This document shows, piece by piece, positions 63,110 to 64,000 of a stretch of 64,000 bases of DNA (the stretch's first letter is position 1; each line of letters starts with the position of its first letter). Location: positions 488 through 64,487 of the forward strand of contig CAYGXO010000095.1 in NCBI GenBank assembly GCA_964353885.1, read 5' to 3'. This DNA is from an uncultured Spirochaetaceae bacterium. GTDB taxonomy: Bacteria; Spirochaetota; Spirochaetia; SZUA-6; Fen-1364. The position numbers were made by a program, and so were the translations under genes. The notes under the pieces are model-generated. The model saw only the letters and a list, made by a program, of their open reading frames with translations. It was not told where the DNA came from and ran no database searches.

Positions 63110-64000
63110 GCGACATCGGTCGGCTCCGCAGGAGCCTCGCGGCCGATGCCAAGCGGCTGCGGGAGATCAACCGCTTTCTCCTGGATCCTTCCAACGACCT
63201 GGTCACCCGTTTGCTGGAAATCGTGGAAAAGTTCGGCGGGCCGCAGCAGATCAACAGAAAGGCGCGGGAGGCCGGGAAGCTCGAGAACCTTCTCGCCCGG
63301 CTTGAGGAGGAGCGCTCGCCATACCGAAAGGACCTGGACTGGCTCACCGATCGGCGCGACGCCGGGGCGTTCGTCCCGCTCGCGGAGCACTGCCGCGGGG
63401 TGCGCGGGGCAGCCTCGGAGGCTCCCCGCAGCACAGGCGCCGTGACCCTCGAGATCAGCGCCCTGCAGTTTTTCCCCTGGCTGATAGCGGAAGCCCGGCA
63501 GGCCATCGAGCGGCGGGAGCTCATGCCGGGGCGCTTCATCCGCGTGCGGTGCATGGCCGAGCAGGTTGCCAACCAGGGCGACACCCTGGCCGTGGCCGCG
63601 GCCATGCGCATCATGGGCGCCAGCTGCGTGGACACGCTGGACACAAAGGGCACTGACGGCGCCAACGTCCACCTGGGAGGTCCCGAGACGATCACCGGCT
63701 ACTTCGGCGGGATCGGCGAGCCCAACGACTATCCTCTGAAGTGGATCGAGGAGTACCTGGGCTACTTCACCCGCTACGGCATCCGCCAGGTGCTCAACGT
63801 GAACCCCGGCACGGTGCTGGCCGCCTATCTGCTGCACAAGCTGGGCGTGGACTGCGAGTTCAAGATCTCGGTGTTCATGGGCAACGACAACCCCTTCTCC
63901 GTGCTGTGGACCCTGCTGACTGCGCGCCTGTTCTCCCGGGAGGACGGCTCCACCAGCCTGATCGGGTTCAACTTCTCGAACTCCGTGACGAACGACACGA
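63106..64000 (+). CDS. hypothetical protein, 5' ~298 codons (continues beyond the window), coupled to panB
   Basis: Not in the track because it has no stop inside the window. My translation from the GTG at 63106 (GTGA overlap with the panB stop) gives VSDIGRLRRSLAADAKRLREINRFLLDPSNDLVTRLLEIVEKFGGPQQINRKAREAGKLENLL...EISALQFFPWLIAEARQAIERRELMPGRFIRVRCMAEQVANQGDTLAVAAAMRIMGASCVDTLDTKGTDGANVHLGGPETITGYFGG...KISVFMGNDNPFSVLWTLLTARLF. It is open for ~298 codons with protein-like composition. I recognised no family. Confidence 0.6.
   Translation, partial: MSDIGRLRRSLAADAKRLREINRFLLDPSNDLVTRLLEIVEKFGGPQQINRKAREAGKLENLLARLEEERSPYRKDLDWLTDRRDAGAFVPLAEHCRGVRGAASEAPRSTGAVTLEISALQFFPWLIAEARQAIERRELMPGRFIRVRCMAEQVANQGDTLAVAAAMRIMGASCVDTLDTKGTDGANVHLGGPETITGYFGGIGEPNDYPLKWIEEYLGYFTRYGIRQVLNVNPGTVLAAYLLHKLGVDCEFKISVFMGNDNPFSVLWTLLTARLFSREDGSTSLIGFNFSNSVTNDT

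Noticed and set aside
63046-63837. 263-aa and 202-aa minus-strand ORFs at the window end
   Set aside because: These are shadow frames opposite the panB-coupled plus-strand ORF, whose composition is far more protein-like.
1-64000. Search for CRISPR arrays, tRNA, rRNA, integrase or transposase genes
   Set aside because: I found no regularly spaced direct repeats outside the coding 48-nt repeats at 13620-14125. I found no tRNA-like T-arm/acceptor patterns in intergenic regions and no recombinase motifs. A manual scan cannot exclude small ncRNAs.

Overview
High-GC bacterial chromosomal segment. Typical 60-nt lines hand-count to about 70% GC. It is densely coding: I support about 65 protein genes. 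I saw no rRNA, tRNA or CRISPR array. The supplied track translates GTG starts as M (for example 11017, 49727, 55661), and many of its long ORFs are off-frame or antisense shadows typical of high-GC DNA. Two real genes that run off the window edges are missing from the track: hisD (1-520, minus) and an unknown ORF coupled to panB (63106-64000, plus). Most content is housekeeping or metabolic: hisD, GH1 beta-glucosidase, dnaK, ABC-2 exporter, FGGY sugar kinase, psuK/psuG, an M16 peptidase pair, gdh, aminotransferase, truD, fucI, recD2, ltaE, cobB-type sirtuin and panB. At least ten gene pairs have 4-nt ATGA/GTGA start/stop overlaps, which suggests translationally coupled operons. Accessory content includes two type II TA-like loci (MNT/HEPN-like at 8244-9051, BrnT/BrnA at 23433-23973), two envelope-stress-like membrane modules and two ECF sigma/anti-sigma operons. 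My best candidate for an undescribed system is the ECF sigma / DUF4384-like anti-sigma / exported caspase-fold protease operon at 11017-14595. The protease carries about 12 tandem 16-residue repeats. A lower-GC stretch at about 52.9-56.3 kb carries decayed or odd genes: a start-less YgiT-type zinc-finger ORF, a secreted-protein gene split by one in-frame TAG, and an orphan LuxR-type HTH. All family assignments come from reading motifs by eye; no database search was run.
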